Positions 45,147 through 55,339 of a DNA stretch of 64,000 bases are shown piece by piece. Both the position numbers and the translations under genes were made by a program. The stretch is taken from IMG/VR virus record IMGVR_UViG_3300027869_000007. One strand, given 5' to 3'. This DNA is from an uncultured virus (IMG/VR IMGVR_UViG_3300027869_000007). Taxonomy: Duplodnaviria > Heunggongvirae > Uroviricota > Caudoviricetes. How positions within the stretch are numbered: the stretch's first letter is position 1; each line of letters begins with the position of its first letter. The notes below the pieces were generated by a model. It saw only the letters and a list, made by a program, of their open reading frames with translations, made no database searches and was not told the origin of the DNA.

Positions 45147-45253
45147 GACCTTGTGTTTTCAAACTAGGAGCATGTGGAATGAGACGACGGGCATATTACA
45201 TGTGTAGCGCTCTTTGATGACGACGGAAATGTTCTATGGGACGGACGTCACGA

Positions 45254-46210
45254 CTAATCACGCGGCTTTCTAAACTTACTCCTGATAGCTTCCAGCCTCT
45301 CTTTTTTTGAACTTTCGTTCTTAGGTTCTATCTTAGTTATCTTTGCAGGTAAAATTAGACCTTCCTTGGTCATTTCAAACAACGCTTCTTCGTTGACGTT
45401 ACCGTTACGGTTCTTTCCGTCGACATACAGCAATCTAGCTCCTTGAGAGCCTTCGCCGAGTTCTATTTTTGCTTGCTTTTCCTTTTCCCACGCTTCGTCG
45501 TCGATGCCGGTGAAACCTAACACGGCGTCGACCATGTGGTCTACCGAGTTGCTCCCCATCAAAGTTCCAGATCTAGTGACGTGGTTAACTATAATCGCAC
45601 ATCGCTTATAGTTCTTGCAGTGCGCGGTTATCATGTGGGAAACTGCGATACCTTGAGATATAGAACCTTCGGCGCCTTTCATGTCAGGATCTTCGCATAC
45701 GATTGCCTGCATAGAGTCAACTATAAAAAGTAGTGGTTTTACGTCTTCAACTTTGTCAAGAATGTCTTCTACGTGATTTACGTTTCCCATTACCTTTACC
45801 AGGTTGCTGGTGACACCTAGGCGATGAGCTATTTTTCCTACGTTAGCTGCGCTTTCCTCGCCGCTGGCGTAGAGGACTTTGTGCCCCTTGTCGGCTAGAC
45901 ATCCGGCTAGAGTCACAAGCAGCGACGACTTTCCTAGACCTCGGTCACCGCCTATGACTATAGTCGTATCTCTGACTAGACCTCCTCCTATGACTCGGTC
46001 GAAGTCGACGAGGCCGGTAGGGATGTAGACTGTCTCTTTGCTGGCCAGCGCTTCCAGCGTGTCGCCAATTGATTCCTCCTCTTCCTCCTTGCCGTAGGGC
46101 TCGCAGTCGTACAGCCTGCCGCACTCTGGACATCGCCCTTTCCAGCGAGTTGTAGACGAGTAGGAACAGACGTCGCGACGCCGGCCAGCGCATCGGTAGA
46201 TCAAAGGCAT
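45254..46210 (-). CDS. radA: RadA/Sms-like recombination ATPase lacking the Lon-like C-terminal domain
   Basis: Zn ribbon C..C..WKGRCPEC; IPTG..DFDRVIGGGL; GDRGLGKSS; LYASGEES; IVDSMQ; HMVDAV; KNRNG. Confidence 0.85.
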   Translation of the reverse strand: MPLIYRCAGRRRDVCSYSSTTRWKGRCPECGRLYDCEPYGKEEEEESIGDTLEALASKETVYIPTGLVDFDRVIGGGLVRDTTIVIGGDRGLGKSSLLVTLAGCLADKGHKVLYASGEESAANVGKIAHRLGVTSNLVKVMGNVNHVEDILDKVEDVKPLLFIVDSMQAIVCEDPDMKGAEGSISQGIAVSHMITAHCKNYKRCAIIVNHVTRSGTLMGSNSVDHMVDAVLGFTGIDDEAWEKEKQAKIELGEGSQGARLLYVDGKNRNGNVNEEALFEMTKEGLILPAKITKIEPKNESSKKERLEAIRSKFRKPRD

Positions 46211-46478
46211 GGTTAATTTATAGCACAATCTGGAATCGAGCGGTTGATTTCCCTGTGACTTCCTTTGGTTGATTCTCTTTGGCAGAAGTCGGTCGAGCGC
46301 TTTAGAAACGCATTTGCAGTTCTAACGTATAATTGCGAACGCCTGTTTTGATGCTTTTTGGCTGTTTTCTGCAAACACCTGTCTACCTGTCTCGACACTT
46401 GGAAAAATTTCATTTTAAAAAGTTCCCAGAAGCACTTTTTTGTCGACAGGAGAAGTGCATTTAGCTGTCTCTGAATTA

Positions 46479-46623
46479 GCCTTAAAAATCAACGTTAAAA
46501 AAGCCTAGACAAGAGTCGACACCGGGTTCCCAATAATAGAAAATATAGGAGATTTTTCCTAGTACGAACTACCCGGAACCAGTTGTCTTCTGTTGTCTAG
46601 TGTCGTTAACTGGATTTTAAGGC
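46479..46623. repeat. Long imperfect inverted repeat, candidate replication origin
   Basis: Arms 46479-46530 and 46575-46623 (GCCTTAAAA...CTAGACAA..GACA..GGTTCC) around an AT-rich spacer. Confidence 0.6.
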
Positions 46624-46693
46624 CCTTTTTCTGACAAGTTTTCATCAAATTTGAAACTGTAAAATTACAATTAAACTGTAACAGAAATCTATC

Positions 46694-46722
46694 TTGACAC
46701 GCGTTGCTAAGTCGGGTAGTTT
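46694..46722 (+). promoter_or_regulatory. Sigma70-like promoter; probably leaderless primase mRNA
   Basis: TTGACA-N17-TAGTTT, then 6 nt to GTG 46729; no Shine-Dalgarno. Confidence 0.6.
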
Positions 46723-46728
46723 GCCTGC

Positions 46729-48489
46729 GTGGGTGCCGACGACGAATTTTTTCTTGCAGCGCGTCGTGCAGTAGATAGGAGTGCTTGTGACAGATGGTTA
46801 CAAAGGCAAAGCGTCGATAAAAGCGACGCTATAGCACTCCAGAGCGCCAAGGAGCGTTTTGGACGTCTCCCCCTTCTATTAGACCCTAGGCTCTATGATC
46901 TAGCCCTACGCGCTCTCCAGGAGTCACTCGGGCTTCCAGTAGAGGGGTCTACACCGTTTCCGTCTATGATATGGTATAACGGCGCTACTGATACCTACGG
47001 AGGAGTTCGTTTTACAGGTACACTAGAACAGTTTGTCATACACGTTTTGATTGCTCGTTCACACGAAGTCGCGCCTAAAAGACAAGGCTGGGTAGTAACT
47101 CCAACATCAAACTCAGATGGACACAGGACTAACGCAAGTACAGTCGCTGTCCACGCGCTTAACCTAGACTGCGACAATCATGGAGACCCTGGTAGAATAA
47201 TTTCTACTCTAGAAAAACTTAATCTTGCATTTATAGCTTATGAATCAGGAGGTTCGACACCTAGTTCTCCTAAGTGGCATCTTTTGATACCACTTTCTGC
47301 TCCTTTTGATACTTCGTCACTTGATAAAATTTCAAGATGGAAATCTGCTTATAATTCTGCACGTGTTGTATTTGGTGCCCTAGCAGGACTTACAGGCGAT
47401 GGGTTCGATCCTACTGTTGAAGCGCCGGCTGTTCCGGTTTTTATTACTGAAAGACGAAGCGTCGAAGACAGCCCAAGAGAAGTTATTTGGAAGACAGGTC
47501 ACACACTAGATTTAGAAGCGATGATCAGATTGCTTCCAACAGTCGTCGACGTAGAATATCTGGAAACGAAGCACAAACAGCCAGAAGCAATTGTAGAACT
47601 TGATGATGAAAAGCTTGAAGATATTGTTAAAAAGCTGTGCTTACCTATGTCTAAGATACTCTCTGGTAGACGAGAGATTTATCTAGCACTTCCTGGTGCT
47701 CTTTTGGACAGAGGTATTTCACCAGAAGACGTATTAGCTATAACAGAAGAAGTATCGAACAGGTGCCCAGGAGATCCCCGTTACACACAACTAGAAATAG
47801 AGTTAAAGCATAAAGAACACATACATTGCGCAGAAACAACCATCGCTAGATGGGAGTCTGGAGATACCTATGTACGTATAGGAACGCTGGTAGAGAGATG
47901 GCCAGAAATTGCAAGCGCTGTAGATATGGCGCTTCCAAACCCTCTTTTGAAAGATATAGTAGAAAAACTACAAGAACGTAGTAGAGCCTCCAGCGTCCAA
48001 CAGAAGGCCATCAATCTCAAAGATCTGAAAGACAAGCTTCGTACTATGAAGAATCATAAAATCAGATCTAAAGATAAACACGAGCAAGTCAAAGGCTTGA
48101 TGTTACAAGCATTGCTTGACGAAGAAGATTTTGTTCCGTATATGATTGACGAAGATGGTGAAAAAGAGCTAGTATATGACTCTTCTGACAGACTCATTGA
48201 TCGAGACAGAGCTATTGCGTCGGTAGCTGGGATGGTCGCATACTGTCTTCCGATAGGAGTATTTTTCGAAGCAGTTCGCGAGGTCTTTCGTCCATCTATG
48301 CTAACTATGCTGAAAGAAGGAGAAGATATAGAAACGCTGTTCAATCAATCCGAACAAGCGTTTTTATTTGCTACAAATAGACGCATAGAAAGCGATGATA
48401 AGCAAAAGGAAAGAGACAAAAACGAAGGCGACAGGCTTATGTACGAATATGGAAATGATCCTGATCTGTCGACGGCGGAAGACGAATGA
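46729..48489 (+). CDS. AEP-superfamily primase/primase-polymerase-like protein
   Basis: ALNLDCD (DxD), IAYESGGS..PKWHLLIPL; adjacent to the D5 helicase. Confidence 0.65.
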   Translation: MGADDEFFLAARRAVDRSACDRWLQRQSVDKSDAIALQSAKERFGRLPLLLDPRLYDLALRALQESLGLPVEGSTPFPSMIWYNGATDTYGGVRFTGTLEQFVIHVLIARSHEVAPKRQGWVVTPTSNSDGHRTNASTVAVHALNLDCDNHGDPGRIISTLEKLNLAFIAYESGGSTPSSPKWHLLIPLSAPFDTSSLDKISRWKSAYNSARVVFGALAGLTGDGFDPTVEAPAVPVFITERRSVEDSPREVIWKTGHTLDLEAMIRLLPTVVDVEYLETKHKQPEAIVELDDEKLEDIVKKLCLPMSKILSGRREIYLALPGALLDRGISPEDVLAITEEVSNRCPGDPRYTQLEIELKHKEHIHCAETTIARWESGDTYVRIGTLVERWPEIASAVDMALPNPLLKDIVEKLQERSRASSVQQKAINLKDLKDKLRTMKNHKIRSKDKHEQVKGLMLQALLDEEDFVPYMIDEDGEKELVYDSSDRLIDRDRAIASVAGMVAYCLPIGVFFEAVREVFRPSMLTMLKEGEDIETLFNQSEQAFLFATNRRIESDDKQKERDKNEGDRLMYEYGNDPDLSTAEDE

Positions 48490-50207
48490 TAGAAGATCTA
48501 TTAAGCGCTTCCGCAGAAGCGTACAGTAAAGCGACTCCTGAAGAGATAGAGCTGTCTGAATATGAACAGTACAAGTTCAATATTACTTATTCTATATACA
48601 AGTTTCTTACATATGTAGCAGATAAGGCGTCGTTTGATTGGGAAATTTCTGAGGCATGGAATATCGCAACAGAAATTTCAGAAAAAGCTCGTACTGAAGA
48701 CAGCATAATTGACGCCTGTTGTAGATGGGATCATGAACTTGCTAAGTCAGAGCTAATAGAAAAGTCTCTTAAGCCTGAGGATGCAAGGAACGAAGTCGGT
48801 AACAGCGAAAGGTTTGCTAGAGAGTACTGTGACAATCTAAAGTTTCTTAGGGATAGAAAAGTTTGGCTAAAATGGGACAAGAAGAGATGGCGAGAACTGA
48901 CAGATGAACAAGTGTTGTTCATGGCTAAGAAGACTGCGAAGAGAATGTTTGCAGAAGCTCTAATTAGTGGAGATAAAGAAGACAAAGCATGGGCACAGTC
49001 TACGCTATCTAGAAGAGGACTGTCCAATATGGTTGCGTGTGCGTCTAGTGAGCCTGTTTTTGAATCCGATATGTCACAGTTCGATCAAAATCCTGATGTC
49101 CTAAACGTACAAAACGGCACAGTAAATCTTGAAACTGGCCGTCTTCGTCCTCACAGGCGTGAGGACATGATAACAACATTAACTAAAATTAAATATGACA
49201 AGAAAGCTATTTGTAAGAGATGGGAAGAATTTCTTCTAGAAGTTTTTGATAACAATAAAGAGTTGGTAGATTCCATCCAGCGATTCGTAGGCTACTCTCT
49301 GACAGGACATACACGAGAGCAAGTATTGTTCATCCTTTTCGGAGGAGGGAGAAACGGAAAAGGAAGATTCATTAAGCAGCTAATGATGATGTTAGGCGAC
49401 GCAGCGAAGACAACAAGTTTCAAAACCTTCGTCAATAAAAGAAACGACGACAGCAACACACCTGCTCTCGCGTCCCTAGTAGGGGCTAGACTTGTTTCAG
49501 CAGGAGAGCCAGATCAAGGAGTATATCTTTCGGAAAGCACTATCAAGATGCTGACCGGCGAAGATGAGATTGAAGTCTGTAGGAAATTCGAACAGCCGTT
49601 TAGATACACACCTACGTATAAGATTTGGATACACTGCAATCATAAACCTAAGATCAAAGGCACAGATGAAGGTATCTGGGGTAGACCTCGTCTAATACCG
49701 TTTAATGTAACGTTTAAAACTGAATCTGAATTTGTTCCTGACGGAACTAAAAGGAAAGATCCCGACAAGAATCTTGACGCTAAACTGGACGCAGAACGTG
49801 TAGGAATTCTGGCCTGGGCCGTTCGCGGATCAATGCTGTGGTACGAACAAGGTCTAGGAAAATGTGAAGTTGTAGATAAAGCAACAAAGAATTATAGAGA
49901 AGAGTCCGATATCATCGGACCTTTTATAGAAGATTGTATAACCGAAGACGATAGTCCAAGAGCTTTTGTAACTAATGATGCTCTGTTTAGAGCATACGGA
50001 GCGTGGTGTAGAAATAATCTGGTAGACAATCCGGTAGAAGGTCAGACACTTTCTAAGCTCCTTGTCGCTAAGGGGTTTAAAAGAGGAAAGAATAGCAATG
50101 ACGTTAGAGGTTTCTTGAACATCAAGGTAAGAATGCCTGGAGCCCTACTTGAAGTGGTTCCAGGAGGTAAGCCTTCCGAAGCCGTAATCACAACCGAGAA
50201 GAACTAG
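48486..50207 (+). CDS. P4/D5-type SF3 helicase (phage/plasmid primase-associated)
   Basis: LNVQNGTVNL, GYSLTG, GGGRNGKG, LASLVGARLV, IKMLTGED, CNHKP..GIWGR. Confidence 0.92.
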   Translation: MIEDLLSASAEAYSKATPEEIELSEYEQYKFNITYSIYKFLTYVADKASFDWEISEAWNIATEISEKARTEDSIIDACCRWDHELAKSELIEKSLKPEDARNEVGNSERFAREYCDNLKFLRDRKVWLKWDKKRWRELTDEQVLFMAKKTAKRMFAEALISGDKEDKAWAQSTLSRRGLSNMVACASSEPVFESDMSQFDQNPDVLNVQNGTVNLETGRLRPHRREDMITTLTKIKYDKKAICKRWEEFLLEVFDNNKELVDSIQRFVGYSLTGHTREQVLFILFGGGRNGKGRFIKQLMMMLGDAAKTTSFKTFVNKRNDDSNTPALASLVGARLVSAGEPDQGVYLSESTIKMLTGEDEIEVCRKFEQPFRYTPTYKIWIHCNHKPKIKGTDEGIWGRPRLIPFNVTFKTESEFVPDGTKRKDPDKNLDAKLDAERVGILAWAVRGSMLWYEQGLGKCEVVDKATKNYREESDIIGPFIEDCITEDDSPRAFVTNDALFRAYGAWCRNNLVDNPVEGQTLSKLLVAKGFKRGKNSNDVRGFLNIKVRMPGALLEVVPGGKPSEAVITTEKN

Positions 50208-52580
50208 ATGATCGGCGAAGAACCAAAACGACCGAGCCCCGGTTACACCGTCAAGAACGGAAACATCAGATATCTATCTATCTCTCAGGTAGTAAAGTTT
50301 GATCCAAACGAAGACGGCGGCTGCAATCGGAGATGGGCGTTTAGATACGTTTTCGGCAAGAAGGAAGAGGAGACTTTTGCTCAAAGAGGAGGTACAGAGT
50401 TTGCTAAACAACTAGAGCACTACCTAAAGACCGGTGAAGACGTACTTACTCCCGTACTTAGAGCAGCAAAACACCTATTTCCACAACCAGGTCCAGATCT
50501 AGAGGTTGAGAAGTATCTAGGAGACTTGAATCAAGCGGTAGCACTGCGTGACGAATTTCTTAAGTCAGGCGTCAAGGTAGACCTAACTTCAGTCGCAGGT
50601 TTAGCCTTTTGTGGCATACCTTTCGACGGTAAAGCAGACTTTCGTCATCGCAGAGGAGAGTACGTCGACATAGACGGCTCGATACGAGCCGAAGACTCGG
50701 GAATGAGGGTCGTAGAGATAGGAGACCTTAAGACTACATCCAGAATAAACGACCATATCTCCAGCGGCGGAAAGATATACAAAGGCTGGGGTAAGACCGT
50801 AGATCAGGTTCTAAGCCATCCGCAGATGGTCGCGTATGGGATTCACGCGTCAAACATATATCCAGACGCTACCCATATCAGACTTTCTCACATATATGCT
50901 CAGACTAAGAACGGCTATCATGGTGCTAAAAGAACAGGGCTTTTATCAGTAGAAGAGGTCAGGCGTAGAGGCGGACGTATCGAATCTCTCGTCAGGGAGA
51001 TGATGGACGTAGCGAAGGTCAGTCGGCCTGAAGACGTTGCTCCCAACATCCGCTCGTGCAAAGCGTTCAATAAGGATTGCCCTCACGCCGCATATTGTGA
51101 TAGACCTGCTGGAACGTTTGCTGATTTGCTTCAGATCACGACGGCGCCGACGGAGTCGACGAAGTCGACGAAAGCGTCCTCGGAAGTAACGACTTATAAA
51201 GGAGATTCTATGGGACTTTTTGAAGAGATGAGAAATAATTCTAACGGAACTAAGACGTCGACGGCTTTGCCGCCTTTGCCACCCCAGACGTCGACTTCAG
51301 TACCACAACCGCCTACGCAGACTTCGGCGCCCCAAGCACCCACGTCGACTTCAGCACCCCAATTGCCTACTCCGACAGTCGACACCCTAGTCGTAGCTAG
51401 AATGAAGATTCAGCAAGGTACACTCCGTGACGCCGGAAACGGAAATGTCTACGACAAGGAAGGTGCGGATTCTGGTTTTATTCTTAGACATATGACTGAA
51501 GTCGAGAAGGCTGCGTTCGCAGCGGAAATTCCTAAGACTCGCGAGGAGTTCCTCAAGTTCGCACGCGAGGCAGGCGGATTTCCTACAGGCGCACTTGCCA
51601 CCACGGAGGTACCTACAGTACCTCTTTCTATTGCAGCTATCAACCCAGCCGACGCACCGCCGGTTGATATGGTCGCTGCGGCGGCACCGCTGCCACCTGA
51701 AGTTATTGCAACCATCGAGGACGCTGAGATCAAGCAGCGAGCCGAAACTCATGCACAAATGTCTGCAGCGCGAGCAGCGGTAGATCCTAAGGAAAAGAAG
51801 GGTAAGTGTTCGTTTGTAGGTACAGTTGTTCCTGTAACACAAAAGGAAGCAACAACTAGAAAGAAGAAGTGTCCTGTGTGTAATGCCGATTTTAAGTTAA
51901 AGGACAAGGATTTTACAGAGGATTTTTCGAGCATTGTCGTGCCTAAGCATAAAAAGCCCGATCTAGAAGCGCATAGCGACGAGACATTGAAGGAGTTTGA
52001 GGAGAAGGACTTGGGAGACGATATTAAAGCGTCTGGTACTGCTGTGGTGATTACTCCTCAGGTACCACTTACTCCTCAGGTACCACCGCCGTTGCCTGCT
52101 GCAATGTATACGTGCCTGCCGCTAATAACGTCTAGTGATTCTACTATAATGCCTAGTGTTCCGTTCACGATTAGTGTACCAGAAGCAGCTTCTAGTCCGC
52201 CTATTATCAATCCTCCTGTTTTTACTGATGTTTTAGTAGAAAAATCACCACCGATTGTTACTACTTCACCCGAAGAGAAGATTACACTTTATATTGACGT
52301 AGTCGTCGAGCGTGGCGAGACACCAACCAATCTAGACGACTATATTAACGATATGGTTAAGACTCTTGAGACCAGCGCTAAGCTATCTGATTTGAGATAC
52401 GCACCTAGTAATCATGAACTGGGATTTGGACGCTGGCGTGGAAGTCTAGCAGCTTGTGTTAGATACGATCCGCCTAAGCCAGGCAAGTATCTGGTCTACG
52501 GTGTGAAGGAAAGCGAGATTAAGCAGGTGGTGGTAGAGGCGTTGGTGCCTTTGTGTGAGACTGTTTATAGGTCTAGGTAA
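50208..52580 (+). CDS. PD-(D/E)XK exonuclease (RecB/Cas4-like) with long Pro/Thr-rich extension
   Basis: LSISQ..GCNRRW, GKAD, IGDLKTT, QMVAY, C-terminal C..CPHAAYC cluster. Confidence 0.75.
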   Translation: MIGEEPKRPSPGYTVKNGNIRYLSISQVVKFDPNEDGGCNRRWAFRYVFGKKEEETFAQRGGTEFAKQLEHYLKTGEDVLTPVLRAAKHLFPQPGPDLEVEKYLGDLNQAVALRDEFLKSGVKVDLTSVAGLAFCGIPFDGKADFRHRRGEYVDIDGSIRAEDSGMRVVEIGDLKTTSRINDHISSGGKIYKGWGKTVDQVLSHPQMVAYGIHASNIYPDATHIRLSHIYAQTKNGYHGAKRTGLLSVEEVRRRGGRIESLVREMMDVAKVSRPEDVAPNIRSCKAFNKDCPHAAYCDRPAGTFADLLQITTAPTESTKSTKASSEVTTYKGDSMGLFEEMRNNSNGTKTSTALPPLPPQTSTSVPQPPTQTSAPQAPTSTSAPQLPTPTVDTLVVARMKIQQGTLRDAGNGNVYDKEGADSGFILRHMTEVEKAAFAAEIPKTREEFLKFAREAGGFPTGALATTEVPTVPLSIAAINPADAPPVDMVAAAAPLPPEVIATIEDAEIKQRAETHAQMSAARAAVDPKEKKGKCSFVGTVVPVTQKEATTRKKKCPVCNADFKLKDKDFTEDFSSIVVPKHKKPDLEAHSDETLKEFEEKDLGDDIKASGTAVVITPQVPLTPQVPPPLPAAMYTCLPLITSSDSTIMPSVPFTISVPEAASSPPIINPPVFTDVLVEKSPPIVTTSPEEKITLYIDVVVERGETPTNLDDYINDMVKTLETSAKLSDLRYAPSNHELGFGRWRGSLAACVRYDPPKPGKYLVYGVKESEIKQVVVEALVPLCETVYRSR

Positions 52581-52588
52581 ACGTTATC

Positions 52589-52783
52589 TTGGAGCCCGCA
52601 CCTCCAGTCTGTTGTGAAGACTCGACAGGAGAGTCTATGGTCTCCGACGATGACGGAGGCTGGGTATGTGTGTGGTGCGATAGGAGAATTTCGGACGAAG
52701 AAGCTATGGACGAACGGCATGAACGGTATCTCAGGGGAGAAATAAACTACGATCAGCTCCATGGATTTAAACCTCTAAGTTAA
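52589..52783 (+). CDS. Small Zn-binding hypothetical protein
   Basis: CC...CVWC. Confidence 0.4.
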   Translation: MEPAPPVCCEDSTGESMVSDDDGGWVCVWCDRRISDEEAMDERHERYLRGEINYDQLHGFKPLS

Positions 52784-52790
52784 GTAAAAA

Positions 52791-54824
52791 ATGATACCTC
52801 TCCCTGATAACGAGCTTTCTCGTATTCTATCGCTTTCTCAGCGACCTCCGCTAAATTGCGAACGCGGTAAGGATAGAAAGTGGGCTCCTGAGGCACAAGC
52901 TCTAATCAATGAAATGACAGCGAAGTTTACACGCGGTAAGAGAATATCTTGCGCGTGTAGAAATAGAGTAGTTAAAGCTATAGGAGGGGGTAGGCTATTA
53001 GTTTTTACTGAAGAAGGAAGGCCAGATAGACCTAGCCCTCCACCACTTCCGTTTGAAGTGTCAATGGAAGATTTTTGTCATGACGACTGGGAATCTGCAG
53101 AGGAAGTAGGGAATCTAGCTGCAGGCCAAAGTATAAAGTTGCCTGGTCTTGGATATTCGTTTTGCATGACAGAACTTAACCCGGTGCAAGCGTGGGTGCT
53201 TAAAGAACTACCGTTGGCTGGTGGTATATTTGGTATGATTTCAGTCGGATCTGGTAAGAGCTTGTGCTCTATACTTGCACCTTTGGCTGTTGATTGTCGT
53301 ACTGCTGTATTGCTTGCTAAACCTACGCAAAGAATACACTATAAACGACACTACCTTCGCGCTCGTGAACATTTTAAAGTACCTTCTATGGTATTCGATG
53401 ATGATGGAGGTACTTCTTCTTATATAATTGGAGGCGTTCCTATATTGCACTTTATTCCTTATTCGCTGTTGTCTAATCCAAAATCTACTTTGCTTCTTGA
53501 GCAACTAAAGCCTGGTATGGTTGTTGCGGACGAGTGGCATCTTCTTGCAAATAGAGCAAGCAGCCGAACGCTCAGATTTTTGCGTTTTATGGCAAAGAAC
53601 GGTGATGTAAAGCTGGCTGGGTGGTCTGGATCTACGATAAAAAAGACTATTCGTGATTGTAGTCATCTAGCCGCACATTCACTCGGACTTAAATCCCCCT
53701 ATCCTATTAAGCCTGACGACGTCGAGGCGTGGGCTTCGGTAATCGATCCGTCTCCGATACCTGACAGGAAGTCTACTACCGCTAGAGCGTTGCTCAAAGC
53801 GTTTGGGACGAATCAAAAGCTAAGCCCTCTATTTGAAGTAGGTCTTGGTGGTGATGCAGGTATTCGTGAAGGCCATAGAAATCGTGTAATTTCTACCGTA
53901 GGAGTTGTATCTACGGTATCATCGTCAGTTACATGTTCAATTTCTATTCGTGAACGAAAAGCTCCTCCAATACCAGATGCTGTGAAGAAAGCTCTTGCAG
54001 GAATCCGCCAAGATGCGGTAAGACCAGACGGTGAAGAGCTTGTAGAAGCAGTTGAAATTATTACCTGTGCTAGGAATGCTGCAGCAGGATTTTATGAACT
54101 ATGGGTCTATCCGAGAGGAGAACCTGAAGAGCTGATCGAAAGATGGTTTGCTGCACGTAAAGCTTGGAATAAAGAGCTTAGAGTAAAGCTTAGGAACGGA
54201 GAACCGCATCTAGACTCGCCGTCATTGTGTGAAAAGGCTGCTGAAAGAGCTTGGCAGACGCCTAGATATGACGGTACGTTGCCTGTTTGGCCGGCTGAAA
54301 GTTGGATAGCGTGGCGAAATGTTAAGGATTTGGTAAAACCTGAGCCTAAGGTTAGATGGATTGATGACTATCTTGCACGCGATGCAGCACAGTGGGCTCT
54401 AGAGAACCAAGGCGGCATAGTTTGGTGTCAGTCTAGAGCGTTTGGATTAAAGGTTGCGCAACTGTCTAAGTTGCCCTATCATGCTGGAGGTCCGAACGCT
54501 GAGGCAAATATTTTGGCTGAGGACGGGTCTCGATCGATCGTTGCAAGTCTAGACGCGCATGGAGAGTCAAGAGACGGTCTTCAGTTTAGATTTTCGAAGC
54601 AGCTGATTGCCGAGCCACCGTCGTCTGGAGATAGATGGGAGCAAGCATTAGGACGACTAGCTCGTGAAGGACAAGAGGCTGAGACGATAGATACAGATAT
54701 CTACATTCATGTGGCAGAAAATAGGGATGCCTTTAGGAAGGCGTTGTCACTTGCTGAATTCATTGAAGCGACGACACCGAATAGGCAGTTGCTTTTAGCG
54801 GCAGATATAGAATTTTCGGTATAA
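52791..54824 (+). CDS. Superfamily 2 helicase
   Basis: VGSGKS, VVADEWH, WSGS, EQALGRLAREGQ. Confidence 0.85.
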   Translation: MIPLPDNELSRILSLSQRPPLNCERGKDRKWAPEAQALINEMTAKFTRGKRISCACRNRVVKAIGGGRLLVFTEEGRPDRPSPPPLPFEVSMEDFCHDDWESAEEVGNLAAGQSIKLPGLGYSFCMTELNPVQAWVLKELPLAGGIFGMISVGSGKSLCSILAPLAVDCRTAVLLAKPTQRIHYKRHYLRAREHFKVPSMVFDDDGGTSSYIIGGVPILHFIPYSLLSNPKSTLLLEQLKPGMVVADEWHLLANRASSRTLRFLRFMAKNGDVKLAGWSGSTIKKTIRDCSHLAAHSLGLKSPYPIKPDDVEAWASVIDPSPIPDRKSTTARALLKAFGTNQKLSPLFEVGLGGDAGIREGHRNRVISTVGVVSTVSSSVTCSISIRERKAPPIPDAVKKALAGIRQDAVRPDGEELVEAVEIITCARNAAAGFYELWVYPRGEPEELIERWFAARKAWNKELRVKLRNGEPHLDSPSLCEKAAERAWQTPRYDGTLPVWPAESWIAWRNVKDLVKPEPKVRWIDDYLARDAAQWALENQGGIVWCQSRAFGLKVAQLSKLPYHAGGPNAEANILAEDGSRSIVASLDAHGESRDGLQFRFSKQLIAEPPSSGDRWEQALGRLAREGQEAETIDTDIYIHVAENRDAFRKALSLAEFIEATTPNRQLLLAADIEFSV

Positions 54825-54853
54825 GATGCGAAAAAGACTAGAGGATTGGAGCA

Positions 54854-55339
54854 ATGAAAAAGAAAAACCAAACAAAAAGACAAATCTTCAGCCAAAAGAT
54901 GAAGGATTATAGAGAGTTCCTAGTCGAAGATTATGATTTTGACTGGGTATATATTCTTAAGTTGTTGATATTTAAGCTTTCTCGTACGCGTAAACATATT
55001 GTTGGCCATAGTATAATCACAGACGCAAAGAAAGTTGGTAATCAAATCAAGCAAGTAGAAGATTTGCTTGACAGGGTTGTAAAGAACAAGTATTACGAGG
55101 TCATCTCCAAGGATCACAAGAAAAAGTACGGGGAAATAAATTTACTGTGCGGAAAAGACGAATCTAAAAATTCAGGTACGATTGATTTTTCATATCCTAA
55201 AGTTAAGACAGAAAAGGATAACGATAAGGCTATAAAGGAAAGCGAGTACCTCTTTATAAAAGCATATAAAATGCAAAGAGAAGACCTGAAGAAGGCTTTG
55301 GATTTGATGTACGAGAATTTGTTCGGATGGTGGGATTAG
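54854..55339 (+). CDS. Hypothetical phage protein (AT-rich)
   Basis: DYDFDW..ends GWWD. Confidence 0.65.
   Translation: MKKKNQTKRQIFSQKMKDYREFLVEDYDFDWVYILKLLIFKLSRTRKHIVGHSIITDAKKVGNQIKQVEDLLDRVVKNKYYEVISKDHKKKYGEINLLCGKDESKNSGTIDFSYPKVKTEKDNDKAIKESEYLFIKAYKMQREDLKKALDLMYENLFGWWD

Noticed and set aside
46213..46413. 66-aa minus-strand ORF
   Set aside because: Lies in the putative origin/promoter gap with no recognisable motif; probably spurious.
51255..52090. Short tandem repeats (ACGTCGAC units; TACTCCTCAGGTACCAC twice)
   Set aside because: They simply encode Pro/Thr/Ser linker repeats within the nuclease ORF.
50208..52580. Cas4 as part of a CRISPR system
   Set aside because: Standalone PD-(D/E)XK nuclease in a replication module, which is common in phages.
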